Program-made: the position numbers and the translations under genes
Part shown: piece by piece, positions 1-13,128 of the stretch
Layout of the letters: each line of letters opens with the position of its first letter
Position numbering within the stretch: the stretch's first letter is position 1
The notes under the pieces: generated by a model
What the model saw: only the letters and a program-made list of their open reading frames with translations
The model's database searches: none
Told to the model about the DNA's origin: nothing
Assembly (NCBI GenBank): GCA_026936335.1
Contig: JAPMXV010000004.1
Location: 124,001 to 188,000, forward strand
Length of the DNA: 64,000 nucleotides
Origin: Mantamonas sphyraenae STR306
Taxonomy: Eukaryota; Protista; CRuMs
Direction of reading: 5' to 3'

Positions 1-1938
1 GCAACACGCATAATGAGATAGATGAGCGAGGCAATGGTCTTCAGATTGACGCGCGTCTTGTCGTTCAGCTTGCGCTTGAACTTGAGACCGCCAGCCTCCT
101 CGGGCTCCAGCAGCATTTTGAGCACGAGCACACGCGTGATGAGAAAGTTGCCGATCAGCAAACGGCGCTTTCGGTCGTTCATGTACTGCAGCATGTTTCG
201 ATGATTCAAACTCACCTGTCGCTGCTCCTTGCGCATGAGGAAGCCCTCGGGCAGCACCACGCCATCGCTGCCCAGCCGCAGAAGGAACTTGACCAGTTCA
301 TCCGGCATGTTCTCCACGTTGTCCACCAAGGCACCCACCACCATCTTGGCACGCACCTGCGTGCTCTTCACACGCGCACGCACCTCCGACGCACTGGCAC
401 CGCCCTTGAGCAGTTTGAACCGGCCCGGTTTGACCAGCTCCAGATTCAGCTTCTTGTCGTCCACCACACGCGTGATGGCCGCACGCACGCTCTTCCGCAC
501 CCACTTCACCGCCATTTTCATGTGAAACTCCAACTCCTGGTGCATGTCCTCCTTGTGGCCACGCATCCGTGTCCTGTACGCCTCTCCACGCAGCTGCATC
601 ATCCCAATGAATCGCGACATGATCAGCAACACTCGCCAGCGCCGTGCCATCGCTGGGTTACTCAAACGCGCACGTCGCCCACGCATCGCCATGTAATCGT
701 CCTCGTCGTCGGTGTCAAAGTCCTCGTCGTCCTCGTAATCCTCGTCGTCGCTGTCCTCCTCATCCAGTTTGGCCATGAATTCGTCCACCGAGTTTCGTCG
801 CACCCCGGATGATGATGCCACACCTCCCAATCCACCACCACCACCACCAACCGTTTGCATCATCTGCCCTGTGTTCTCCACCACTTGTCTCTGCTGTGTT
901 TGTGTGGACGGTGCCTTGCCCCTGCCCAGCAGCTGCGACTGCTGCTGTTTCCGCCGCTTGCGACTCGTCCCTGGCCTTTCCTTTGCCTTTGCCATGCTCT
1001 CCCGCAGCATGGCACTCTGAAGTTGCATGTTTTCCATCATCACCAGTGTCAACTGCTGCGTCATGTCCCCGTTGCTTGTGTACCGTGTGCGTTCCTCCGC
1101 CGCCACACGTTCCCTCTCCTTCAATTCCTCCTGCCACGCTTCCCGCCGCGCACGTGCCTCCTCTTCTTCCCGCTGGGCCTTTGCCCGTTCCATCTGCTCC
1201 GTCAGCAGCTCCACGGCGTGCTCCAACTGCCCGTTCTGCGTCTCCACCTCCTCCTGCCGCAACGCAGCCAATTGCTTCACCAGTGCCTTCTTGCGCTCCA
1301 TGGCCGCCTTGAGTGCCCGTTGCTGCTCACGCGACACTTCCAACAATTTCTGGTACGCTGCCCATTCCCCGTCGTTCATCGTCGTCGTTGTCGTTCCCAT
1401 CATCATCACTCCCGACCCACTGCTATCGCTTCTCCTCGACACAACCGAGGACGACGAGCCACGCGACACCTGCTGGTGCTCCCTTGTATCCCCATGATAC
1501 CCCACGGATACACGGGACATGTTTCGCTTCTGTGGATGGGCGTCAACACACACCTCTTCTTCCTTCCTTTGCCCGTTTCTCCTCCTCCTTTCACTCACTC
1601 ACTCTCCCGTCTCCCGTCTCGCTTACCTGTTCCTGCAACCGCCGGCTGATGTTGTGCATGCGCCTGTACATTTCTGCTTCCACGTCGCTGCCACGTCGCG
1701 ACGCCTGGCTGGCCAAGCCGCCTCGGCCTCCTTGAAGATCCGACTCGACAATCTCCACATCCAGACCGCTCTTGTCCCACTGCGAGTGATGCGAGTGCAC
1801 CGATGGCGAGGACGATATGAAGCTTGTCTCTTTCACTGTGTTTCTCTGCTGCTGCCGCGCCGCACGTGCTGCACGCCGCCTGTTGATGCGATGCAGCTGC
1901 GACGTCGACGACGGCGAAAAGTCAGAAAAGCCCGACAT
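1..1938 (-). CDS. Hypothetical coiled-coil protein, 3' end runs off the window; one intron from about 1626 to about 1530
   Basis: ATG at 1938 (MSGFSDFSPSS...), GTAAGC donor at 1626, then an open minus-strand frame to position 1 with an E/R/Q/A-rich heptad stretch (YQKLLEVSREQQRALKAAMERKKALVKQLAALRQEE). Confidence 0.65.
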
Positions 1939-2089
1939 TGCCTTTTGGGTCACGTGGCGCACCCACCCACCCACCCACCCAACAACCACCATTGCACACC
2001 ATTCCATCGCCAGGCAAAATTCCCCATGTGGAATGAGATGGCACGAACGCTGCCCCGCTCGCGTGACCAGCCCAGCATCCAACACAACA

Positions 2090-3865
2090 ATGGCATGGAT
2101 CGAGGCCAGTGATGTCTTCATGTGGGCCATGATGCTCGTGCACCTGGTCGTCGCCCCATACACAAAGGTTGAGGAGAGCTTCAACATGCAAGCCATGCAT
2201 GACATGATGCGTCACGGCCTGTGGGATGTCGCCTCCCTGCCCTACGATCACTTTGACTTTCCGGGCGTGGTCCCACGCACCTTTGTCGGCGCCCTCGCGG
2301 TGCATATCCTCTCCATGCCCTTCCAATGGCTCCTCCGCATCCTTTCTGCCTCCATGTACATCACCCCTGTGGCCTATCTCTTTGTGGGTACGTTTCGAGA
2401 GTGCGCTGCCCCCCTCTCTCATCATCCCCCCACTCGCCGTCCCCGCCAAGCACCAAACCAACAGCATTCACACTCACCCACCACACACACACACACACAC
2501 ACGCAATGAATGAACCCAAACCCATCCAAAGCACGCGGGACTCTGGGAACAATCAATGTGGCTGCGTTTGGCTACTTTCGACGGACGGTGGCCAAGTTGT
2601 TTGGCCATGACACGGCACTGCCACTGCTGCTCATCACCTGTGTCCAATTCCATTGGCTGTTCTACGCCTCCCGTTCCCTGCCCAACACGTTTGCCCTCGC
2701 CGTGGTCACAGTGGCCCAAGCCGAGTGGCTTCGTGGTGCCCACCGCAACATGCTTGCCCTCTTCACCCTGGCCATTGTCGTCTTTCGCTTCGACGTCGCC
2801 GTGTACTTTGCGCCCGTGTTGTTGGTGTGTCTGTGGCGCCGTGACTTTGGGGTGTGGTTCATGGTGAAGCACGGCCTGGTGTTCACCCTGGCCTCCCTTG
2901 CCCTCTCCCTGCCCATCGACTCGTACCTGTGGCAGCGCATGCTGTGGCCGGAAGCCCAGGTGCTGCTGTTCAACACTGTGGACAACCAGAGCCACCTGTG
3001 GGGCACCATGCCTTGGCACTGGTACGCCACCCATGCTCTTCCCAAGTCCCTTCTGGCTGCCCTTCCCCTGGCTGTGCTTGGTGCCTACCTTCAATGGCAT
3101 CGCGTGTGGCACTTTGTCCTTCCCACCGTGGCCTTTGTGGCCCTGTACTCGTTCCTGCCCCACAAGGAGCTCCGCTTTGTGTTTTACGTCCTGCCCGTGG
3201 CCAACCTCCTGGCAGCCCTCGCCCTCTCCTCCATGCGCAAGCGGTACGCCAAACGCAGCAAACGCACGCGTGTGTTGCTCGCGGCCATGGTGGCCAGTGC
3301 CATTGCCCTGCTTGCGTCGCTGGCTGCCGCGGGTCTCCTGCTTTCCATCTCCTCCGCCAACTACCCCGGCGCACATGCCCTCCATGCCGCACATGCACAC
3401 GCCCCGCCAAACTGTACAGTCACTCATCCGGCTGGCGTGCGTGTGCACATTGACGTTGCGTCTGCCATGACGGGCGTCACACGCTTTCTGGAGCACCCGC
3501 ACGGTGTGGATCCGCGACCGGGTGGCTGCAGGTGGGTGTATTCCAAGCGCGAACACGACGTGGACGTTGCTCAGTTTGATTTGTTGCTCAGTGCCAATCG
3601 TACCGTGGACGGGTTTGACACGGTGGCATCCATCTCGGCGTACGCAGGCCTGGATGTGCGCGCCCTCCTGCGCGCAAGCTGGTTTGTGCGCCACAAGGAC
3701 ACTCTGTTCGTCCACCGCAACACAGCAGCGCCCGCGTCCTGGGTTCCCCCGGCGCCTGTCGATGAAGTGAGGGAACAGACACAGAGCAGCAACAATGATG
3801 AGAGTGGAGGTGGTGATGACGATGATGGTGATGATGGTGATGATGACACGGAGCAGCAACAATGA
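2090..3865 (+). CDS. ALG12: Dol-P-Man alpha-1,6-mannosyltransferase (GT22), 2 exons
   Basis: PYTKVEESFNxQA, YDHFDFPGVVPRTF, YASRSLPN and LPHKELRF motifs; multiple TM helices; intron about 2388-2530 (GTACGT...AAAG). Confidence 0.92.
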
Positions 3866-3912
3866 TGAGAGTGGAGGTGATGATGACGATGATGCTGGTG
3901 ATGATGATGATG
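3784..3912. repeat. Imperfect 67-bp tandem duplication of a (GAT/GGT)n-rich segment at the ALG12 stop
   Basis: GAGCAGCAACAATGATGAGAGTGGAGGTG occurs at both 3784 and 3851. Confidence 0.85.
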
Positions 3913-3940
3913 CAGCGCAGGCGAAGCCACAGGATTCCGA

Positions 3941-4648
3941 ATGAGCACCTCGTCTGCAGACGCACAGCAGGTGCTTGCGTTCACCCGCTTGATTGGCGGC
4001 CTAAAGAATGAACTGCGCACGGGTTGGACGTACCACAAAGACATCCTCGATGTGGAGAGTGTGGCGGACCACAGCTGCCGGGTGGCCCAGTTGGGCTTCC
4101 TGGCTGCCATGGTGGACACGGGCAAGGACAACGCGCCCCTCGACGTGGCCAAATGTGTCATGATGGGTCTGGTGCACGACATTGCAGAGTGCATCGTGGG
4201 CGACCTGACCCCCAGGGACAAGGTGAGCAAGCAAGACAAACTGCGCATGGAGTCCCAGGCACTCGACCAGATATGCTCCCTTGCCGGCGAGACCTCGGGT
4301 AGCCTCATACGCGACGTGTGGAACGAGTACGAGGCACGCGAGTCCCTGGAAAGCCGCTTTGTCAAGGATATGGACCGGTACGACATGCTCGTCCAGGCCT
4401 GGGACTATGAACGCGCCCACCCCACCGTCGATCTTTCTCGCTTCTTTGCCGGCACCACTCCCGACGCCATGTTTACCCCCGAGGGCAGGCTGTGGACCCA
4501 AGAGCTGGTCGACCAGCGCGATGTCTGGCTGGCTGAGCGCAACAAAGAGGTGCACGCAGCTCGTGACGAACCCACACAAAGCCCTCAGGACGACATCGCG
4601 ATCGAACCCACTCCTGAGGATGGTGAGCAGTCGTCGAATGATGAGTAG
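3941..4648 (+). CDS. HDDC2: HD-domain 5'-deoxynucleotidase (HDDC2/YfbR-like)
   Basis: LKNELRTGW, ESVADHS, GLVHDIAECIVGDLTP and FVKDMDRYDM motifs. Confidence 0.9.
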   Translation: MSTSSADAQQVLAFTRLIGGLKNELRTGWTYHKDILDVESVADHSCRVAQLGFLAAMVDTGKDNAPLDVAKCVMMGLVHDIAECIVGDLTPRDKVSKQDKLRMESQALDQICSLAGETSGSLIRDVWNEYEARESLESRFVKDMDRYDMLVQAWDYERAHPTVDLSRFFAGTTPDAMFTPEGRLWTQELVDQRDVWLAERNKEVHAARDEPTQSPQDDIAIEPTPEDGEQSSNDE

Positions 4649-4857
4649 AACGCAATTCCGGATGAACTGTACATAAACTAAACAAAGTCAAAAGCGGGAT
4701 GCCGGCCCTGCACCCGTGCAAACAACTCTGTTCCAACAAGTACGCTTGGTCACTCAACACCGTCCTCTTGTGTCTTGCACCGTTCTTATCCCTCTCACAC
4801 ACCTCCCATATTCCATGTGAACAAACACACAGACAGTCACCCCATTCCCCCCTTTAA

Positions 4858-7181
4858 ATGTCCAACACCCTTTCCCCTTCCTCTTCCCTGCTCTCCGGCG
4901 CCAGCAGCACGGCCTCGGCCTCTGACGAGGTGACCTACGTCGATGGCAAGAAGATCTTCCACAACCTGGGCGACAAAACCACGGGCCAGGTTTTCCGTGA
5001 GAAGCTTGCGGCCTCGGTCCGCTCGCCGGAGATCTCGGACCAGCCCGAACAGGCTGCCACCGCCGAGGATCCCATGGAGATGGCCCGCACCGAGTCCTAC
5101 CAGTTTGTGGACAAAATTGGGCCCCTCAAGCTGGAGCTGCACGACGACGAGGCCCCGCCCGAAGTCGAGGACCTCGGCGTGTCCGTGGACAACATCATCC
5201 ACAACGCCTCCCCGTCCGTCCTCTACGAGATGGCCCTCATGTACGAGGATGGCTCCAACATTGTGTCCAACGGCGCCATTGCCACTCGCTCCGGAGCAAA
5301 GACCGGCCGCTCGCCCAAGGACAAGCGCGTCGTCGTGGAAGACACGAGCAAAGACGTGCGTTTTTGCAGCCCCATTTCTCTCTTTGCCCTCCCGCACCCC
5401 CCTCCCTCGCTCACCCTTTACCTGCGCGTCCCCATCCCGGCCACACTCCACACACACACACACAGAACATCTGGTGGGGCCCTGTCAACATCGAGCTCAG
5501 CGAGGAGACCTTTATGATCAACCGGTCCGTTTTTTTTTTCAGATCCTTCCATTTCAAACCTCCACACACACCGCCCTCCGAAACCCGCTGCTGCGCCGCA
5601 CAGCGTGTGCATCCACACGCCGTGGCAACCTGTGCCCTCGCTCAACGCGTGGCCTAAACCCGCGGCCACGGCTGCATGTGCACACGTCCTGTGGCATGCA
5701 AAACATGGCTGAAGAGCCCTCCTGCCCACAAAAAATGGGCCTCTCGGCTTTTGCCCCGAGGCGCCGCGCACGCTGCACACGCGCTGACACGCATGCACAC
5801 ACACCCATCCCCGCATGCACACACGCCTCGTCCTCCCTCTTCCATGTATGTAAACAGTGAGCGTGCTGTGGACTACCTCAACACACGCGATCGCCTGTTT
5901 GTGGTGGACGGATTCGCAGGCTGGGATCCGAACTACCGCCTCAAGGTGCGCATCGTCTGCGAGCGCGCCTACCACGCTCTGTTTATGCGCAACATGCTCA
6001 TCCGTCCCACGGCCAAGGAGCTGCGTGAGTTTGGCGAGCCCGACTTTACGGTGTACAACGCAGGCAAGTTCCCTGCGAACCGGTACACGGAGGGCCTGAC
6101 GTCCACCACCATGGTGGCACTCAACTTCAAGCGCAAGGAGATGGTCATCCTGGGCACGCAGTACGCAGGCGAGATGAAGAAGGGCATCTTCACCGTCATG
6201 CACTACTTTATGCCTCTGCGAGGCGTCCTCTCGCTGCACTCCAGTTGCAACGTGGGTGCCGACGGCGACGTCAGCATCTTCTTTGGTCTGTCCGGCACGG
6301 GCAAGACCACACTGTCGGCAGACATCAACCGTCAGCTGATCGGTGACGACGAGCACTGCTGGACCGACACCGGCGTGTTCAACATCGAAGGCGGCTGCTA
6401 CGCAAAGGTGATCAACCTCAGCCGAGAGAAGGAACCCGAAATCTACGATGCCATCCGCTTCGGGTCGGTGTTGGAGAACGTCGTGTACGACGAGTACTCC
6501 CGCGTGGTGGACTACAACGACACCTCGGTCACGGAGAACACACGTTGCTCCTACCCCATCGAGTACATCCCCAACGCACTCATCCCCTGCGTGACGGAAA
6601 ACCACCCCAAGAACGTCATCCTGCTCACTTGCGACGCCTTTGGTGTCCTGCCCCCCGTGGCCAAGCTGACCCCGGAGCAGACCATGTACCACTTCATCAG
6701 CGGCTACACCGCAAAGGTCGCCGGCACCGAGCAGGGCGTCACCGAGCCCATTGCCACCTTCTCCGCTTGCTACGGTGACCCCTTCCTCGTGTGGCACCCG
6801 ACCAAGTATGCCGAGATGCTCGCCGACAAGCTCAGCAAGCACGAGGCAAACGCCTGGCTCGTCAACACCGGCTGGAGCGGAGGCGCCTACGGCGTCGGCT
6901 CTCGCATGAAGCTGAAGTACACTCGTGCCATCGTCGATGCCATCCACAACGGCGAGCTCGTCGACGCCGAGTACGTCAACTTTGACACCTTCAACCTCAG
7001 CATCCCCACAAAGTGCACTGGCGTGCCCGACGCCATGCTGGACCCGCAGAGCACCTGGGAGGACAAGAAGGCCTACCTGCTCCAAAAGGTCAAGCTGGCC
7101 AACCTCTTTATCGAGAACTTTGAGCAGTACGCCGCCGAGGCCACCGAGGAAATGATCAACGCTGGTCCCCGTTTTGAGTAG
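4858..7181 (+). CDS. pckA: Phosphoenolpyruvate carboxykinase (ATP), 3 exons (about 4858-5355, 5466-5524, 5858-7181)
   Basis: [32 protein letters not shown] (P-loop), LIGDDEH and NIEGGCYAK motifs. Confidence 0.97.
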
Positions 7182-7273
7182 GATGGATTGTTGGAACGAT
7201 TCCTGTGGAATGCAACGCAAACAAACAAAAACACACGGACACATGTCAATCATGGATGGTCTGCATTTGGACG

Positions 7274-10200
7274 TCACACATTGTCTTCACCTCGAATTTC
7301 CTCTTCCTCCTCCTCCCCCACTTCCTCCTCCTCCTCCTCCTCGGCCTCCTCTTCCATCCTCTCCGCCTCACCATCCACAGGACCAGCGTCCAGCTGGCCT
7401 TCTTCCACCATTTCGTCCTCCACGGCCATCACTGAGGTCTCATCCTCTTCCGCCACCGAGCCCAGGAAAGGACTCAGAATCTTCAGCGTGGTCCGAGCCT
7501 TGAGCCATCTCTCTCTGCCCTTGCCCTCCTCCTGAGCTTCCTGGTCCTCCAACGCAGCTGCCTCCTCCGCATTCATGCCTTGCGCAATGCGACTTGCGTG
7601 TCGTTCACGCCGTTCGCGTCGCCTGCGGCTGATCTCCTTCCAGTTGGCAATGATGATGGACGCCGCGTACAGCTCCGCTTGCGTGTACTGGCTGAGCGAT
7701 ACCAGCGAGTCGCTTGTGTTGCGCCTGCGGATGAACGAGCTGCGGTTGGCACCGGACACCACCGCCGTGTTCTTCAGCTGCTTGCGGATCTCCTCGGGCA
7801 TGGCATCCATGGAAAAGTCGTGCGACTGCGCACTGGCATGTTCCAACAGTGCCAACTCTGTGGGTTTGAACATGACGTTGCCCTGACTGTCTGTGGGGAT
7901 GTCGTACTCCGCCAACGCAAGAAGCTTGTCCTTGCGCGACAGCGATGCATCGATACCCAACGGCTCGCCCAGTTCCTCCAGCATGGGCAGCAGCCTGTCC
8001 GATCCAATGCGACCCGTGGCCTCCGGGTCGTACAGCGACCACAACGTCGAAAACCTGTCCCGCAGCTCGCTGATCACCTGGTTGTCGTCCTGGCGACGCA
8101 TGTTGTCGTACACCTCCAGCATCACCGCCACAATCAGATTGAGCACCACAAAGGTCACACTCACCACAAAGGTGACGAAAAAGATTGCCGACAACACAGG
8201 GTCGCCACACTCATCCTTTGCAGGATCGCAAAACGGCGGCTGGACCATGCAGTCACGCATGAAACCGTTCCAGCCCTCTCCAGTCGACATGCGAAACAGA
8301 AGGAGCATCGAACTGCCAAACGTTTCAAAGTTGGCGTGGCGAGAGAGAAACTCCTGCCGCACCACCTTGCCAAACAGATTCATGCCCAGCACCGCGTACA
8401 CAAAGAACAGCAGAAAGAGCAACGTGCCAATGTTCAGTAGCGACGGTGCTGCAATGTACAGCGTGCGCAGCAACGTGCGCAGACCCTTTGCCTGGCGCAC
8501 AAGCCGCAGAACGCGGGAGATGCGAAACACGCGCAGGATCGCAGCCGCGCTGCCCACGTCAAACAGGATGCCCAACCAGGAGCCCACCACAATGACGAAA
8601 TCCAGCTTGTTCCACGGGTCGCTCATGTACTTGCGCGGGTACAGCGCCACCATCTTCAGCACCAGCTCGATGCTGAAGATCACGGTAAACACAATATTGC
8701 TGATCTCCAGCGTCAGCGACCACTCCGGGGACATAGCGTAGTGCCGAGTTGCCATAAAGATGACGTTGATCACAATGCACACCATGATCACAGAGTCAAA
8801 CACCCTGTTCATGCACCATGCAAATGCGCGTGCGCGCAGTTTGTTCTGCGGCCGCTGCAGGCTCTGCATGGGCTTGGTCTGGTTCATCATTGTGCTTGCC
8901 TGCACCACCCATTGCAGTTGAGCCTCCGACAGCAGTACACTCTTCATGTTGAAGTCCATCTTGATCTTGGTGAACGCATCGATCACCACACCCACAAACA
9001 GGTTGACCAGGAAGAAGGAGCCGATGCTGATGAACGTAATCATAAACAGGGCATTCCACATATTGTGGTTCTCCACGGGTGCGCGTCCAACCTCGGTGGC
9101 GTCGACCACGTTGAGCAGCACCTCCACCCAACCCTCACCACTCGCTGCCTCAAACAGCGTCAGTTCCGCCTGGAGGATGTCGTCAAAGTGCGACGGGGCG
9201 TTGATCCATCGTCGCTCCTGCAATGTGGTCATGCCATCCACTGTGGCGTTGAACATCCCTGTGCATGCCGTTTCCAGTGTCACCGAAGGGTCAGAACACG
9301 TGTAAAACTTGCCCGCGTACAACTGCACGCCCAGGATGCCAAAGATGAGGAAGAAGAAGAGACACACGAGTGCGGCGTTCCCGATGGTGGGGATGGCACG
9401 GAAGATGGAGTTGACCACCACGCGCATGCCTTCGTTGCGACTGATCACACGCAACGGACGCAGCGCACGCAGTGCACGGAACGAGCGGAAGGCCTTGAGT
9501 CCCGACAGGAACAGATCCAGGATGGAAATGATGACAATGAAGCAATCGAGGACATTCCACGAGTTGCGCAGATACGTGCTTGGCCCACGCACAAGCCCCA
9601 GCGCAATGATCTTCACCACCATCTCCACACCAAAGATGACCACAAAGGCAATGTCAAACGCCGACAGGGTCTGTGCAAGCACACTGTCGTTTGCCAGATT
9701 GGGTTCGTCCAAGGCCAGCAGGATGGTGGACACAAGGATGGCCAGCAGAATGGCCCGATCAAACCACTTGTGGTTGATGAGGTCAATGCACGCCTTGCGC
9801 AGCGGATTGTCCAGGGTCAGTACGCCCAGCGCCACACCTTCGCACTTGTGTCCATTGGCCTCTTCTGCTTGCTTGGCCACGGTGTCGTCGCCCTGCATCT
9901 GTGCAGTCAGATCTGCAAGCGTCGGTGCCTTGCGAATCACTCCCCGCTCGTCCAGCTCGTCGTCGTCGTACCGCTTGAACTTTTGCACCGGTATGGACGT
10001 CGGCTGCGGCTGCGGCTGAGTAGCCACGGGCTCCAACACTGCCAACGACGCCGCTGCGTGGTACCCGTTCTCTCGCGACGAGCCATTGCTCTGTGCATCA
10101 GTCGACGCATCCTGACCCCCATTGACCCCACTTGCACCTACGCTTGCATGTGCGCCATTCACGGGCATGGTGCGCATGCGCCGCGGCGGCTGGTGCTCGT

Positions 10201-13018
10201 GGTGGTGCACATGATGGTTCACCTCCAGCATGCTGCCTCCAGACTCGCTGCTGGCCAGAGATCCTCTCTGGGTGCGCATGGAGTTTGTGTCGCTGCGTGA
10301 GGTTCCGCTGTCGCCGCTGTCGCTGTGACGCATGGCGCTGACGCGGGTGCTGCGTCGTCCGGTCTTTTTCTTGGCGGCGTTTGCCACGTAGCGTGAGAGG
10401 GAGCGTGCACGGCCCGCAATGGCTGTCGTGCCCTTGCGCAAATACGTGGAGGCCTTTGCAGCCGCACTGAGCTTTTCGTGGAAGCGTGCGACGGCCTCCT
10501 TGCGTTTGGCAGCAAACTTTTCGATCAGGATGGCCACAAAGAGGTTGAGGATGATGTAGGTGCCCATCACAATCAGGGTCACATAGAAGAGGATGGCCGC
10601 AGGCGAGGTGGCACGCACGCTGTAAAACATGAGTTGGGGCCAGTCCTCGCGGGTCAACACCTGAAAGGTGGCAATGAACGACCAGCTGAACGAGTCAAAG
10701 TTGACACGCGGCACGCCGCCGTCCACTTCGGGAAAGTTGAACGTGCCTCCAAACAGCTGCATGCCCAGCACGCAGTAGATGAAGAGAAAGAGAAAGAGAA
10801 GCACGGGAAACTCGCGCACGGACACGGCACACTCCCAGATGATTTGCAGCAGGTCGTGAAGTGACTCGAGGGAACGCACGAGCTTGAGCACACGGCCCAG
10901 GCGAAACGCACGAAAGGCGGTGAGGCCGCCGGAGCCCGAAGCAAAGGCCACCTCAAGCCACGAAATGATGACAATGGTGCCGTCAAAGAGGTCAAAGGTG
11001 GAGTGCACATACGCGTACACACCCATACCAATGAGCTTGAGGACCATCTCGACGGAAAAGATCAGCGTCAGCGTGAGGTTGGCCACCTCGAGAAAGTCGC
11101 TGAGGGCCTGCGATTGGCGGTGGTGCTCAATGGCCAGAAAGATGGTGTTGACAAAGATGCACAAAAAGATAAACACCTCAAAGGCGTCGTGTTCGATGAC
11201 CCGCTTGCAACCACTGACCACTGCATTGGGCTCGTAGCTACGGTGGCGCGGACGGCAAGGATAGCACAGCACGGATTCCCACACCGTGTTGCCTGCACGC
11301 CGCACGGCGTCGGTTGCGCGCGATTCCCAGTCTGTGTTTTCGGTGAGCTTCACCGTGCGTCGCATACTCATGGGCGACTGAGGCAGATGGGCACCTGGGA
11401 CGTGCATGGTCTCCACATCGACGCCATCCATAAACTTGAGCCGCTCGGCGTCCTCACTGGCAGTGATGGCATCCTCGATGGCCTGGCCTCGTGCGTCGGC
11501 AGCACTCATGGCAAAGTTGTCGTAGATGACGGCCAGGGCGAGGTTGACGACAAAGAAGCCGCCAATGAAGACGAGGGCCACAAAGTAGACCACCACCCAG
11601 TCGTTGAGGGCATCCTGGAGCATGTACATGATGTCTGAATAGCCTTCCATGGTGATGGTTTGAAAGATGATGAGGAAGCTGAATGCAGTGTTGTCAAAGG
11701 TGGTGATGCCGTAGTTTGGGTTGTGGGCCGTGTGGCGACACGTGTAGCCCGCAGGACAGGCCACGCCACCGTGCGATGGATCCAACGAACACAGTTGGTT
11801 CTCCTCGGGCGCATACAGCAGCGCCCCCGTGGCGTCGCTGACACAGCGTTGGCGCAGGACGCCAGCCCACATCTGCACCGCAAAGATGCCAAAGAGGGCA
11901 AAGAGGAGCACACACAGGGTGAACACGTCCAAAAGGCGGGGCAGCGAACTCAGCAGTCCTTCGACGAGGACACGCAGACCGCCAATGTGACTCAAGGTAC
12001 GCAGGGGACGCAGGACACGCAACGTGCGAATGACGCTCACGCCGCCCGTGCCCAGGTCCAGTAGGCCAATGTAGCCCACAAGCACAATGACAAAGTCCAA
12101 TCTGTTCCAGTGGTCTCGCAGGTACGCCTCCTTGCCACGCACAAACCCCAGGGCGGCAATTTTGACCAGCATTTCCAGCGAGAAGATGATAATAAACGCA
12201 AACTCGGCGTTCTGTACGGCACACCAGAGTTGTGTCGGCGGTGGCACACAGTCGGACGTGTCAGTGGGGCTGTGGGAGACCCCCGCGGCTTTGTGTGGTG
12301 TGGATGTGCGGGATGGCGTGTGGTCCAGGGCGAGGGGGAAGGTGGGGAAGGTGTGTGGCCGGGAAACGCCGGCGACCAGTTTTGGCAAGTGGCTGGGCGT
12401 CGATGCCCCGGAGCAACACAGACAGGGTGGAATGGGCACGCGGGAAACATGGGCATTGGACGTACGAAAAGCATGACATTGTCTGCCGAGTTTGGATCCG
12501 AGTCGAGCGGATCGTAGAGAGCGAGAAAGACGCAGTTGATGAGGATGGCCACAATGACGGCGCGGTCGAACCACTTGTTGCTGATGATGTCCTTGCAGAC
12601 GACACTCAGGGTGCGCTGTGGGTTGGAGGGGGGGAGCGGGGGCGGGAGCGGGGAGATACATGGACACGGGTGGTCGGGTTCACACATGGGCCGAGTGTGA
12701 GCCGGGTTGCGGTTCCGTGCCGTTTCGGCTCCAACGGCAAGTTGCGATTGCGAGCAGGACGAGCGGCGGGCTTGTGGGAAAGGCCAACACAGACACAAAC
12801 ACACACAAACACAAACATACCCTGGGCGGTGGTTCTGGTAGCTCGTCCTCGAGGTCATTGTGTGGTGGTATGGTCATGAGGAGACCCGAAGACCGCCTTC
12901 GCGAAGGCGACTCGTCGAGGTCTTCTAGGGGTCGGATCGTACGTGCAGGCTGCCGCAAGGGTGAGTCCATGGGCGATCCTCTCCGAGCCCGTTGACGTCC
13001 AGCGGGTGGAGTTGACAT
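7274..13018 (-). CDS. Four-repeat voltage-gated cation channel alpha subunit with an EEEE (Ca2+-type) filter; exons 13018-12821, 12615-12466, 12211-7274
   Basis: Four S4 segments (e.g. RTLRVLRPLR, RSFRALRALRPLR); pore loops TMEGY, TREDW, SGEGW and TGEGW; C-terminal EF-hand-like YDPEATGRI and an IQ-like segment; GT-AG introns preserve the frame. Confidence 0.93.
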
Positions 13019-13128
13019 TGGCCGAAATTGAAGACACGGACGAGCGTGTGTGTGTGTGAGGGTGGGTGTGTGAAAAGGAGGGTGGGCTTTGGGTGCGCCC
13101 GCGCAGACAAGCAATCCACGGTCGGCCA

